This document shows, piece by piece, positions 51,800-64,000 of a stretch of 64,000 nucleotides of DNA. This DNA comes from Octopus vulgaris. Lineage: Eukaryota. The stretch spans positions 104,346,001 to 104,410,000 of the forward strand of contig OX597817.1 of NCBI GenBank assembly GCA_951406725.2, read 5' to 3'. The stretch's first letter is position 1, and each line of letters begins with the position of its first letter. Both the position numbers and the translations under genes were made by a program. Below the pieces are notes generated by a model, which saw nothing but the letters and a program-made list of their open reading frames with translations, had not been told where the DNA came from and did no database searches.

Positions 51800-52360
51800 C
51801 ACACAACTGGCACCCATGCCAGTGACATGTAAAGGCATTCATTACATTCTCAGAGTGGTTGGCATTAAGAAGGGCTTCCAGCCATAGAAACCATGCCAAA
51901 TGAGACCGGAGTTTGGTGCAGCCCCTTAGCTTATCAGTCCTGGTCAAACCATCTAACCCATGCCAGCATAGACAAAGGACACTAAATGATGATGATGATG
52001 ATGAAGTGCAATCATGGTTGTGTGGTAAAAAGTTTGCTTCCCAGCCACATGGTTTCAGGTTCAGTCTCCCACTGTATGGCACTTCAGGCAAGTCTCTTCT
52101 GCTATTAGGCCCAGACTGACCAAAGCCTTATGAGTAGATTTGGTAGAGGGAAACTGAAAGAAGCTTGTCATATGTGTGTGTATGTGCATGTGTTTGTTCT
52201 TTACCACTGCCTGATAATTGGTGTTGGTCGGTTTGCATCCCCATAATTTAGCAATTTGGTGAAAAGAGATCGATCGTATAAGTATCAGGCATAACAAAAA
52301 TGTACTGAGGTCGATTTGTTTGATTAAACCCTTCATGATGGCGCCCAGCAAGGCCACAAT
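51800..52360 (+). mobile_element. RTE-type 3' end with (GAT)n tail followed by SINE family A
   Basis: Matches 43770-43917, then the reverse complement of 2051-2432. Confidence 0.75.
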
Positions 52361-52505
52361 CTACATAGTATAATGATGTGTGTTCTTAATTACTTGAACA
52401 TATGAATAACTTTAGGAGATCAAAAAGTACATTTTTAATTTCAATCTAAAGAAATAATCTTTACACTGAAACTATAAATAGGAATCTGAAAAGAAATTTA
52501 CTCAC

Positions 52506-52625
52506 CAATTCCTTTTCTTTTTTACTTTTTTCTCTTTCTTCAACCAACTGCATTGCTGCTTGCTTCAGTTTCGTATCTACTAGCTGCTGTTCCAATTCTC
52601 GATGTTTAGCCACTTTCTCGAAATA
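52506..52625 (-). CDS. TXLN: Taxilin-family gene exon
   Basis: YFEKVAKHRELEQQLVDTKLKQA...EKEL; 120 nt; AG/GT sites. Confidence 0.92.
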
Positions 52626-55143
52626 CTGAATACAAAGTAACAAAAACAACTACTAAGTATAAAATTAACACAAGGGGGATAATTCTTACTTTCCCAATAT
52701 ATGTTAAAATATCCCATGATTCTATTTCAAAAATTAATTACAAAACCACAAGTATTTTCTCCAAATCCACAGAATACAAATATATATCATTAAAAGTCAT
52801 CCCTCTTTTTGTTTATTTTTGACACTGGGAGTCTCCTCCATTCTCTTAAAAGATTCCTATCAACTCTTGTTGGAATGCATATCATGACATATTCTATATC
52901 CTTATGTATTTATCTCTATCTACATTTTATATTGCTAACATTTTAAATCAATTTTACTATAACTAAATTCATCTCCAATTACTTGTCTTAGTTGCAACAT
53001 GCTCAATTAAACCCACTTCCAAATGCATCATTATCATCATTTAACATCCATTCTCCATGGTGAATGAAAATAAAACCTTTTGTAATTGTTATTAGTGACT
53101 TTTGGCACACTATTTCGGTCATAAAAAGCTAATGTGAATGGATATTTTAAGCAGCTCATTTTTGAAAACGAAATACTGCAAATGTTATACTAACATTCTG
53201 GAGACAAATTTTGAAGTTTATCTCTCTCAAAATGTTACTATATCTGATGACAACAGCAGTGAAATGAAAATACAGAGGAAGGAATTCATGTAAACAAATA
53301 GTGATCTACACTACACTCAATAAATATCACTGAGTATTTAGGAGCTACTCAAAAATTAGATAGAAATATGGCAGAAATAGATTTTTTCTTTAATATGCTT
53401 CTCCAAGCAAAATATAATTAAATGTAGGCTAACATTCTTAATGTGGTGAGCTGTATATAATGTTTGGTCAACTGAAATTGTAACCATAAAGAGGAGAAAA
53501 GTAATTTGTGCTAATGAAAACTATTATAAAAATGATAAGGGAGGAAACTCCTAAAATTCCAACTGCCTCAAAAGTAAATAGAGACTTGCAGCAGCCGAGT
53601 AATATCTAATAACTTCTTTGACAACTCTGGACATGTTTTCACTTTATTAGATCTCAGAAAAGCAGAACCAATGCATAGATTGTTTTTAAATATAACATAT
53701 GGTTAGTTTTTATCCCAATATTTATGGGAAGTAAATTTTTATTTAATTCCATGTCTGTTGTATATTTTCATATTTTCCCTGCACATTTTTATTTCACTAT
53801 TTTTTCAACTACATTTCGTATTACCAAATTAAAAAGTACATTCTGAAGCAAATAAAATTATTGAAATGGCACCATCAACACCACTGATGAAAAATGAACA
53901 TTAATTTTGATACAATTGAAACATAACAACTTTTTATTAGTATCATAAAAATTTCCTTGAGCACAAGGGGGATAAACCAGTGTTTCTCAAAGGGGCAGAG
54001 GGAAGTGATGATTTCTGTGTAATCTAACTTTTGTTGAAATTATGTGTATTTGTACTTTCAACTTTTGAAACTTATCCAACACCACATGATAAAGAGAGGC
54101 AAAACCATATGGATGCAAATTCTTTTGTCTTTGCATTAATACAGAGAATGGAGTCAAAAAATGTCTTGGTTTTGAGGTGGGGGAAGGCCTGCTTTTTATC
54201 AATTTGAGAACCATTGCAAAAGGCAGCTCATTCTGCAATGAGGGCTTATGGAAATGCAGGGCGGTACTGTATCATAGCCATTATATTTTACTCAAAAAAT
54301 AGGCATGAGAAACCACATGTCACTTATCTATTCAACCTCTCTCTGAGATTGATAATGACAATGTATTATATAGGCCAGTCTCATCCCTACTCAGTTATTA
54401 TGAATATCAGTATTGTAAACAAATATATGCTGATCACTGATGCCTCACACAAAAAAACTTCCATGTGATCAAAGCATATGAGCAATCCTCTATCAGCTGG
54501 CTGTCAGCTGTTATTTTGGTGCATGTTACATGAGCAATCCTCAGCTGGCTGCAATCTTAATGTCTATTTGCTGCAGCATATCTTATCAGTCAAACAGAAA
54601 TGGTAATATAAAAGCATAGGTTGATCCATTTCTTCTGGGCATAGATTATTATAAAAGCACATTGTTATGATATCTATGATCCTGAAACTTTGCTACATTA
54701 TATTAATAAATATTGAGATTATTTCAGCTAGAGATTTTTTTTTTCTTTTCATTCCTTTATTTACATAAAGTCAACTACAAGTGAAATTGCAGAAATAGTT
54801 ATGAAAAGCAACAAGTAACTAATGAACAAGTCAAAGACAAAATATTAGAAGCATAAAAAAAAAATGTCTTATCTACTGGTGCTGTGTATACAATAAATCA
54901 TAGAATATAAAAGACTTCAGAAACAACCTTTCAGATAAGTCAAATTCCCTCAAATCACACCCCAACATCTTAGAAAAGGAGATATTGGAGAATATCGTCC
55001 TTTTCTTTGTGCACAAAGGTAAAAGGAACAGGATAATCAAGGCAGGAATACCTTTTGTTGTAAGTCTCCTTGATCACAGTAAACCTAGGCATAAACAACA
55101 ATAGATATAACAATATTGATAGGAAAGCTGATTACCAATTTAC

Positions 55144-55272
55144 CTTTTCTCTTTGTTCATATTGCTCAAGAAAGTTCTTTAGCTTTGTTGCCAATTCTGT
55201 ATTCTCTTCCCTCAGTTTCATATTACGATTGTGGTTGTCTACCATCTGAGCTTGAATATCATTAATGGTTGT
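55144..55272 (-). CDS. TXLN: Taxilin-family gene exon
   Basis: TTINDIQAQM...KLREENTELATKLKNFLEQYEQREK; 129 nt; AG/GT sites. Confidence 0.93.
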
Positions 55273-56450
55273 CTGCAATCAGATGAATAAAATATTGTTT
55301 CATTATAGTAAATCAAATCATTCTGATGTAAAACTGTTTACCAGTAAACCTCTTTTTAACTAAAAAGCTAAAACTTTAAATCTAGTTAAAACAACATATC
55401 TGAATTTCATTTTAATAATTAACGTCCCAAATCATTATATAATTGACTGTTTTGGTTACTGAATTATTACTACCATTTTGTTTTCTAGACACAATGCAAG
55501 TTTTTAGGGCAATTAAAATGACTTTTACAAATCCTACTGATATTTATTTTAATTACCCTGATGAGTTACAAAACTAATTACATTGGGACTGAAAACAAAA
55601 ACAGTGCAGTATTAAACTAGCTAAAGTAAAGAATCCAGCAGAATGCTTTTATTACATTTTTTTTAAATGTTAATCATTAATGACATATGTCCTGGAAACA
55701 AATTATAAGAGAGTAAGGTCCATGGAAATAAGCTCATAAATCTCAAAATCAAAGACAGAAAAGTCACAACAAATTACCTAAATTAGCCATGAATTGAGAC
55801 ACTGAATTTTATCTTAATTTAAACCAAACTTGCCCAAAATACATATGAAAATTTTAAGTGTTCTTTCAACAAAATAGTCATTGCTGGTTTCAGTCTTTGG
55901 ACTATGACTATGCTGGCAAACCACCTTCAAAGATTTTTTAATAAATAACTGTTGAATAAAGTACTTTTGGTATTTACTTTGTATCAACCTTGTATCAATG
56001 AAAGGCAGCAGTCAACCAGGAGTGAGGGTAGATAACCAAGCTGGATCAAAATACTATAAGGAATCAAACTCAGAACCACGTGGTTGTGAGAACAGCTAGT
56101 TACCTACGACCATGTCTGTGCATATTGAAATTGTAAACAGAAATTAAGAAAAGTTCTTTAAAAATTAAAAACTCATAAAAGCATTTAAGTTATCTATTCT
56201 TACTTAAGACTTACAATTCAAATAGATTTTCAATATCAACTTAGAAAATGTTAACGTTTCAGTGAGAAAAGTGGACAAAGAGAATGGGTGCTGACTGAAA
56301 CTCTCATTTTGTATGTAATAGTTTATACATAATGACAACCCTTTCTTCATGACAAAACTGTGTGATAAAAATATAAACAGGTATACTTTGTATCAACCCT
56401 GCTACTCTCTAAATTAAGTAAGACATAACACCAAATTGAAATTGCATTAC

Positions 56451-56516
56451 CTGAAATTTCGAAGATATTTCTTTCCGTTTCTCATCTTCTTCTTTAGCAC
56501 GAGCTAAACTTTCTTC
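56451..56516 (-). CDS. TXLN: Taxilin-family gene exon
   Basis: EESLARAKEEDEKRKEISSKFQ; 66 nt; AG/GT sites. Confidence 0.92.
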
Positions 56517-57654
56517 CTTTAATGATATGAATTGTACAATTTTATTATTACATTCAATATAAAGAGTATTATTTTAATGAAAAAAATAATAATGGTGATT
56601 TCTAACAAAAACAGGTCACAAATGAAGAAGAGGACAGTCAAACTGATTGCAAATCTTAACAAGTACTTTTCAACCAAGAAAGAATGAACAGCAAAGTTCA
56701 CTCTGGTAGTATTTGGATGCAGAATATATAGGATCACAGTTGTAAGGTATCTCATCCAGCATTCTACTGATTCTGTCCTCCACTACCTAAATAATAACAC
56801 AATAATAAATTATTTTTAATAAAAGCACAAAGTCACAAACTGTGATTAGATTACCTCACACACACACACACACAACACAGATACTTATTTTATCAATCCT
56901 AGAAAGATGAAAGGCTAAGTCTATCCCAGTGTGACTGGAACTGAAAATGTAAAAATATATAAATAAATACTACCAAGCATTTTGAATAGTGCTCTACTGA
57001 TTCTGCTATGCATCATTTTAATGTTCATAATAATCTCTTCTACTTTTAACATAACTCTCCAAATTTTGAAAAGAAAGGTTATAATTGATTGAATTGAATT
57101 CAGTACCTGAAAAATATTTATTTTAGCAAATTCAGACATTAAAAAACAAAGCTAAATTCTTTTTGGTAAGACACTTAGAAGATAACATGAAAATAAATAA
57201 ATATCAAAGATATTTTGTTTGATACTAAAAGTATCAAATACTCTTAGCTGAACAGGAAAGTATTAAAAGAGAAATGCTAAAGAAAATTTATGATTAAAAA
57301 AATCTATCACTAGCACTGCCAAGTAACAACAAGGTAAAATGCCTAATGAAAGTAAATGTCTAATGCAAGCTATCAACTATAAAACTGACACAAATTGAAG
57401 ACAGATGGCAAACTAATATGGGATCATATCATATAGTAAGAAATGTAAGAGACTATCAGGCAAAATAATCACATAATAGAAATAATTATAAAGATATAGT
57501 TATAACAGGTACAAACTAATTAATGAGCATTACAAAATGTATAATAACAAAGTTGTAGCTATCAACATTTAATATATTAAGAGAGAATGCAACAAAAAGA
57601 ACCAGGCTCAAAGCAAAATATTCCATGTGAAATAAACAAAAGAGAAAATAATAT

Positions 57655-58310
57655 CATCATCATTATCGTCATTTAACGTCCACCTTCCATGCTAGCATGG
57701 GTTGGACAGTTTGATTGAGGACTGGCAAGCCAGAAGGCTGTACCAGGCACCAATCTGATCTGGCAAGATTTCTACAGCTGGATACCCTTCCTAAAGCCAA
57801 CCACTCCGAGAGTGTAGTAGATGCTTTTTACATGCCACCAGCACAAAGGCTAGTCAGGCGATACTGGTATTGACCATGCTTGAATGGTGCTTTTTATGTA
57901 AAAAGTACCATTCGATCATGGTCGTTGCCAGTGTCACTGGCACGGGAGCCAGTCAGGTGGCACTGGTGTCAACCATGCTCAAATGGTGCTTTTTACATGC
58001 CACCGGCACAGAACCAGTCAGGCAGCACTGGCATCAACCACACTCGAATGGTGCTTTTTTACATGCCACCGGCACAGGTGCCAGTCAAGCAGTACTGGCA
58101 TCGGCCACGACAATGACTTCACTTGACTCAACAGGTCTTTGCAAGCACAGTTTATTATCCAATGATTGAAAGGTACTTTTAAATGGGCCAGTTATGCCGC
58201 ACTGGCATAGGCCAGTTACTTGGCTTGCCAGGTTTTCTTGAGCACAGCATATCTCCAAAGGTCTCGGTCACTCATCATCACCTCCATGAGGCCCAACGTT
58301 CAAAGGTCAT
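57655..58310 (-). mobile_element. 3' fragment of the same RTE LINE family as 41150-43917
   Basis: Reverse complement of ~43225-43917 including the ~60-bp units. Confidence 0.85.
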
Positions 58311-59656
58311 ATTTCAGAAATATTATCTAATGCTATCCTTAAAATTATTGACAAACAGAAATTCAGTAAAATAACATTAATTCAATACAGAAAACCTAAA
58401 CTGTAGAGCAGGGATTCTCAAACAGTGTACTGCAAGTAGTATCTATGTATGATGCAGGTTTTTCGAAATACAATTTAAAGCATTAGAAAATCTATACTAA
58501 TGCTTGAATAGCTTGGAAAATGAGATTCACAATTTTGTTATACATATATATATATGATAAATAAAACAAGGTTTTTAATTTTTTTTTTTTTATTTCCCAC
58601 TTTAAAACATTTGTTCTTTTAACTTTCCATATAATGTGCAGTACCCAAAACTAGTGTCTTCTACTGTAGTCTTGGGCTGACCAAAGCCTAATAAGCAAAT
58701 TTAGTAAGAGGAAACTAAAAATCCATCATATGTATATGTGTGTGTAAAAGTGCTTGTGTATCCTAGTCAGAGAAAGAAAAAAAACAAAGTGTACCAATAA
58801 TTTTATATTTAATTTCCAGTGCACTACAATGTCAAAAAGACTGAGAACCACCAACATACAAGAATTAATCAACTCAAATAAAGTTTCCAAAAAGATAAAG
58901 TGAATATTTACAGAGAATTGAAATTATAGAGTCCCCTACAACAAAGAACAAAAAACCATGTTCTAATAGAGAATTGAACAGCTATTGATATAGAAGCTAA
59001 GGAGGGGAAAAGAAATTGGGAAATGCAACAGAATGAACATATTCAAAAGTTCTTGATAAACATCAACATGTCTTACACATGTACCAGAATGGCTGGCACA
59101 GGGAAAAACAATTCTTTAACAAAATTTGAAAGAAATGTTCATCTAGATTTGCTAGATTTTGTAAACCCTGTAATCCTTATGACAGACTTGTTTTCAAATG
59201 AACTTGAGAAAATGTAGGTTCTTTTTTTTTTCTGCCAGCAGTCTTCTAAGGTGGTGTACATACTAACTGATTTCTACAGCTATACAAGCCCCTTCTGAAA
59301 ATTATCTGTTCTATAGGGGATCTATATATTTTCTCATAGGAGAAGAGTGCTTGGTCACTCAACATTACAAATAAAAAAACTCACTATTTTAAGTAGTTAT
59401 ATGTCAAAACTGAAAGTACAACCATAACCAAAGAAGTAAAGGAAAAAGAAAAGCAAAACAATGAATGAATACATGGAAATTAAAACCTGTCAAAGGAAAA
59501 TCTATGTAACTGAGGTACACCCATTTCCAAGGCTCTCAACAGAAAAGGAAACAGAAAGCTTGATCTTTTCTGCCCAGTAACAGCCAGAATATATCAAAAA
59601 TATATACTAAAATTTCGTTTTTGTATTTGGTTTGCAAGATTCTTTATGTGAATTCG

Positions 59657-59978
59657 TGTGTTGAAGCATATTTTGTTGTGTCTGGGGAGAGTCATTCTGT
59701 TTTAATACCTTAATAACACACTCACTGGTTCAATTTTTACTCATTTACTTTTTTTTTTATTGAAAATTTTCATGGCTTCTTGCAAACTCTTCAATAGTTG
59801 TTGACTCTCAGAGAGTCAACTACTGAAGAGGTTTCAAGAAACAATGAAAATTTTACAAAAAAAAAGTAAATAAATAAATGGAAATTGAACTGGTCAGTGA
59901 GCTGATTAATAAGGCACTAAAACAGAATGACTCTCCCCAGACACAATATACTAAAATATCATATCAAACTTTAACACA
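59657..59978. repeat. Long imperfect palindrome (foldback element)
   Basis: Centre GTTGACTCTC-A-GAGAGTCAAC (59800-59820); arms TTGTGTCTGGGGAGAGTCATTCTGTTTTA (from 59676) and TAAAACAGAATGACTCTCCCCAGACACAA (to 59946). Confidence 0.88.
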
Positions 59979-60479
59979 GCATACATAGTTAGTTTAATAC
60001 GATATCAGTCACATTCTTAGTGGATACACTATACTGACCACCTCAGAAAACATCGGGAGACATGATAAGAAGACTACCTGCTTTCAGTAGAAAATGTAAC
60101 AAAATGAAGACCCCCAACTGCCAAAAAACAGTAAAAACTTACAACAGTTGCAGAAAGAAAGTGATGTGATGTGATCCTAAGGATATGCAAGTACACACAA
60201 ATAAGAAGACACAAGTGGCCCATTATATCATAATGAAAGGAAATGATGACAAACATTTCAGTAAAAGAGATTGAGATCAATTTTTTCTTTTTAAACAAAA
60301 ACAGATGATCTAAATACAGAACTATTAAAGAATATGAACACAAGAACAGTCCCTGGAATTACCACAGGAATAAAAGATACACCTTTCAAATTCAGAAGAT
60401 TATGTTAACAGGAAACATCAGTTATCTAGGTATGCCACAAGTCCTAGGACTCGTGAAGCTGGAGCTTAACCTAGTTCTA

Positions 60480-60702
60480 TGGCATATAAGTCTCTAAGAT
60501 TACAACACACCTGACTGAATGGGATGCACGTCCGTTAAAGGTTTAACTTCCTCACTATAATTGAACTCATTTGCAGCTGAGTGGACTGGAACAACATGAT
60601 ATGAAGTGCATTAGTCTATACAATGCACTGCCTGGTCTGGGAACTGAAACCCACAATCTTACTATCATAGGAGTAACACCCTAACTACTAGGCCACATGC
60701 CC
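60480..60702 (-). mobile_element. tRNA-derived SINE, third family, diverged
   Basis: Minus strand GGCATGTGGCCTAGTAGTTAGGG A-box and GGGTTTCAGTTCCC B-box-like. Confidence 0.55.
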
Positions 60703-60859
60703 TCACATTCAAAATATTTATCAATAAAATTTTGAAAATAACTTATAAATACAAATCTATTCAGCTTTAGAATGATTTTTGTGAAGTATATGTTTCAGAA
60801 ACAAATTAGGATGATAATCAGAACAAAATGCCACAACAGCATGCTAACATTCACACCAA

Positions 60860-61013
60860 CCCCAGTACTTGACTGGTACTTAATTTATCAACCCTGAAAG
60901 GATGAAAGGCAAAGTCGACCTTGGTGGAATTTGAACTCAGAATGTAAAGATGGACGAAATGCCACAAAGCATTTCGCTCAGCATGCTAACAATTCTGCCA
61001 GCTAACCACTTTA
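60860..61013 (-). mobile_element. SINE family B
   Basis: Reverse complement of the family B head and central domain. Confidence 0.8.
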
Positions 61014-61045
61014 ATAATAATAATAATAATGATGATGATAAATAC

Positions 61046-61156
61046 CTTAATGATTCGATTGTGTTTTTGAAGCTCACGACATAAACTTTCTAATCGACTT
61101 TTAGCCATCAAAGATTTGTTGTTCTCAAGTTGAAGCTGATCCTTTTGTCTGGATAA
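61046..61156 (-). CDS. TXLN: Taxilin-family gene exon
   Basis: KSRLESLCRELQKHNRIIK, the hallmark taxilin LESLCRELQ motif; 111 nt; AG/GT sites. Confidence 0.95.
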
Positions 61157-61296
61157 CTAAAATAACAATAAAAATAATTATATTTATTTACAATTTCATG
61201 AATTACAAATAAACTTTATGAAATATTCTACTGAAATAAAATCAATAATTGAGTTGTTGTTGCTTTTCCTTTTCATTTGATTTTTCATGATTAACA

Positions 61297-61463
61297 GGCA
61301 TAGATATGGTTGAGTGGTTAAGAAGTTTACTTCCCAACCACTTGGTTTTGAGTTCAATCCCACTGCATGGCACCTTGGGTATATGTCTTCTACTATAGCC
61401 TCAGGCTAACCAAAGCCAAGTAAGTGGATTTAGATGGAACTAAAATGAAATCCTTCATACATA
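61297..61463 (+). mobile_element. SINE family A 5' part, interrupted by the Tc1-like element
   Basis: TGGTTGAGTGGTTAAG A-box, GAGTTCAATCCC B-box, CACCTTGGGT core. Confidence 0.8.
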
Positions 61464-62640
61464 CAGTGGTTGGACATCCAAAATAATGGAAACACCTAGC
61501 ATCATAATTTTGAAATATCTTTAAAACCATCAAAAGCTGGTTTATTTTTATGCTTTTTTTTATTTATTATTAGTGTTGCTTAATATGTTTTGCTAAAATT
61601 GCTGTTTCTTTTCAGATATCATCAGAAAAAGGTAATTAAAATTCATTAAAATGACAGATCTCTGGACTTCCAAAGAGGTCAAATTTTTGGTGCTTGTATG
61701 GCAGGTGCTAGTGTAACAAAAACAGCCAAAATGTTTGGTGTATCAAGAAGTACTGTCTCGAAAGTAACCACAACTTTTGAGAAAGAAGGAAAAACCTCCT
61801 CGTCAAAACAAAACTCCTGAAGAAAACCAAAACTTTCAAATAGGGACTATCAGATTCTTGCTTGAATTGTTAGAAAGGATTACAAAAGTACAGCTCCCAA
61901 AATTACTGCAGAGCCGGATTTCATAGGAGGGCTGCAATCAGAAAACCACTACTTTCAAAAACAAACATTGTAAAGCATTTACAGAATTGGTCCCTAGAGC
62001 AGTAGAAGAATGTTATTTTCTTGGACGAGTTATCCTTTACCTTATTTCTGACCACCAGTCAAATATATGTGTGGAGACAGCCATGACCCAGACTGCCTTC
62101 TTCCAACTGTTAAACATGGAGGAGGAACTGTGATGATCTGGGTGGCTATATCTTGGAAATCTGCCAGCCCAATGGTTTCTGTTCATGGCAGAATTAATAG
62201 TCAAGACTATTTAAGCATTTTATCTAATCAAATTCATCCTATGGTTGCAGAACTTTTTCCAGAAGGAAACACAATCTGTCAGGATGATAATGCACCAATT
62301 CACACAGCTAAAGTTGTTACTGAATGGTATGAGGAACATTCTAGTGAAGTTGAACATCTTATCTGGCCACCACAGTCCCCAGATCTCAATATTATTGAAC
62401 ATTTATGGTACATTTTAGAAAAACGAGTAAGGAGTCGATATCCTCCACCATCATCACTACAAGAACTGGAGACTGTTTCAGCCGAAGAATGGAAAATTCC
62501 TTTGGAAACTATTCAGACTTTGTACAAGTCAATACCTCATAGAATTCAAGCTGTAATTACTGCCAAAGGCAGTCCTACACCATATTAAAGTAAATTTGTT
62601 TGAAATGTTAAGGTGTTTCCATTATTTTGTCCAACCCCTG
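61464..62640 (+). mobile_element. Tc1-like DNA transposon, DD36E type, inactive
   Basis: TA|CAGTGGTTGGACA..AAAATAATGGAAACACC and GGTGTTTCCATTATTTTGTCCAACCCCTG|TA TIRs; TVKHGGG, QDDNAPIH, WPPQSPDLNIIE; stops, frameshifts and deletions in the 5' half. Confidence 0.93.
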
Positions 62641-62719
62641 TATATATCTGTTTATACGTATGTATGTGCATGTGTAAATGTATGTATGCTTTAGTCTGCT
62701 CGGCTTGACATTGTGCTCA

Positions 62720-62860
62720 ACTGATTCTTAATTTATCAACCCCCAAAAGGCTGAAGGGCAAAGTTGGCCTCAACAGAATTTTAACTCAGAATGTAAGTAC
62801 AGATGAAATACCACTAAGCTTTTTGCCCAGCATGCTAACAACTCTGCTAACTCGCTGCCT
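62720..62860 (-). mobile_element. SINE family B, diverged
   Basis: Reverse complement of the family B head. Confidence 0.65.
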
Positions 62861-63039
62861 GGAAATAGTTAACTGCTTCTGTTAGCTAGGTTATCTAATA
62901 AACAGTGAAGGTAAGTGTTGCAAGGTATAGTAACCAAAGTAATGGAAAAAGATCAGGAAATATTTCTGATAATGATAAAAGGATTTTTTTCTCCAAGTGA
63001 ATGGCTGATTACATAAAGCTTGTAATAAGTGTGATATTG

Positions 63040-63390
63040 AATGGTAATAAAACTTGAGAATTAAAAGTGGAGGATGAGCAAAGGCTGGAAAGAAACAAGA
63101 TGAGCATGCTCTGTTTGACATGTAATGTTGGTGTACATGATTAAAATGAGTTGAGAGAAAAACTGGGAGTAAATGGAATCAACTGTTGTGTGCAAGAAAG
63201 AAGAATGTGCCAATATTGGCAAGTGATGTGTATGAAGGTTAACGGTTAGTTAAAGAAGTGTCAGGTGATCCAAGGAAAGAAACCTGCAGAAGAAAAATGC
63301 GAAGGAAGATATGAAATCTGATCTCAAAATGCTAAGAAATGATGATGAACCACAGCAGATGGCAATATGCTATGATGACGAAGACTTCTG
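63040..63390 (+). mobile_element. Decayed RTE C-terminal fragment
   Basis: Parallels ~42950-43300 (LREKLG..I.CCVQERR). Confidence 0.5.
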
Positions 63391-63460
63391 TCCAAACTAA
63401 AGCAAACATGAAAAAATAGAAATAAAATGACAATGAAATAGAAATCATGTAGAAACCTAC

Positions 63461-63600
63461 CACCAAGAGTTTTCTTTCTATCACTCTCTGATTAGTAGTT
63501 AGGGTTCGATTTTCTTCATTCATGGCAGTGTACTTCTTAGAAAGTGCTGATAATTTTCCTTCAGCTGTTGGTATATTGCTTAAGGACTTCAAGACATGAT
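63461..63600 (-). CDS. TXLN: Taxilin-family gene, most 5' exon within the window
   Basis: HVLKSLSNIPTAEGKLSALSKKYTAMNEE (taxilin EEKL.AL.KKY); TTTTAAG acceptor and GTAGGT donor. Confidence 0.88.
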
Positions 63601-63885
63601 CTTAAAAGAAAATTTTTTGCAATAAAATATATAAACACAAATATAGCATAAGAGAAGAACATGATTCTTGACTATTCAAGTCTAGTTGAATACATTAAGA
63701 AATGTTAATTGGATCAGTTAAGTTGGCGGGTGTACTGAATTACAAGAGATACCATACAAATTAGTTAATAAAAAAAGTTCTACTAAATATTCAACAAGTA
63801 GTAACAATATTGGCAACAGAACGAAAAATGAAGATCTAGCCATGAAAATTATAAAAAAATATATGTATGCACATATCTATCTATC

Positions 63886-64000
63886 TGGCCCTGCTCGATC
63901 TGTAGAAAAGGTGTAGGTAGAAACTCTATAAGATGTACCCAGTGTAAGCTATGGACACATAAGAGGTGCAGCAATGTCAAAGGTAGGCTAACTGGGAAGA
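63886..64000 (+). mobile_element. RTE ORF2 fragment (Cys/His finger segment), continues beyond the window
   Basis: WPCSICRKGVGRNSIRCTQCKLWTHKRC, homologous to ~42565-42635. Confidence 0.75.

Noticed and set aside
55555-55590. CCCTGATGAGTTACAAAAC...GGG hammerhead-like sequence
   Set aside because: No GAAA core after the 3-bp stem

Overview
AT-rich, microsatellite- and transposon-dense animal genomic DNA. The SINE families and repeat landscape suggest an octopus or other coleoid cephalopod, but this is inferred and not verified. The right half holds the 3' 11 coding exons of a minus-strand taxilin-family gene (63600 down to the stop at 36335), all with GT-AG introns and consistent phases; its 5' end lies beyond the window. 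The rest is mostly mobile DNA: an RTE LINE fragment with three C2H2 fingers, a nest of non-autonomous Helitrons, a decayed autonomous Helitron, a Penelope-like remnant, hammerhead ribozyme motifs, hAT, mariner, piggyBac-type and DD36E Tc1 elements, foldback elements, a U6 snRNA 3' fragment fused to a SINE, and many tRNA-derived SINEs. The most notable signal is a near-intact Tx1/L1-clade LINE (23061-28399) inserted in a tRNA-derived SINE head at GTATTTCGTCTG. SINE copies carrying a 3' tail similar to this LINE's join the same site at other junctions, suggesting a SINE-targeting LINE/SINE system. Repeat boundaries were read by eye and are approximate unless TSDs, TIRs or splice sites are quoted.
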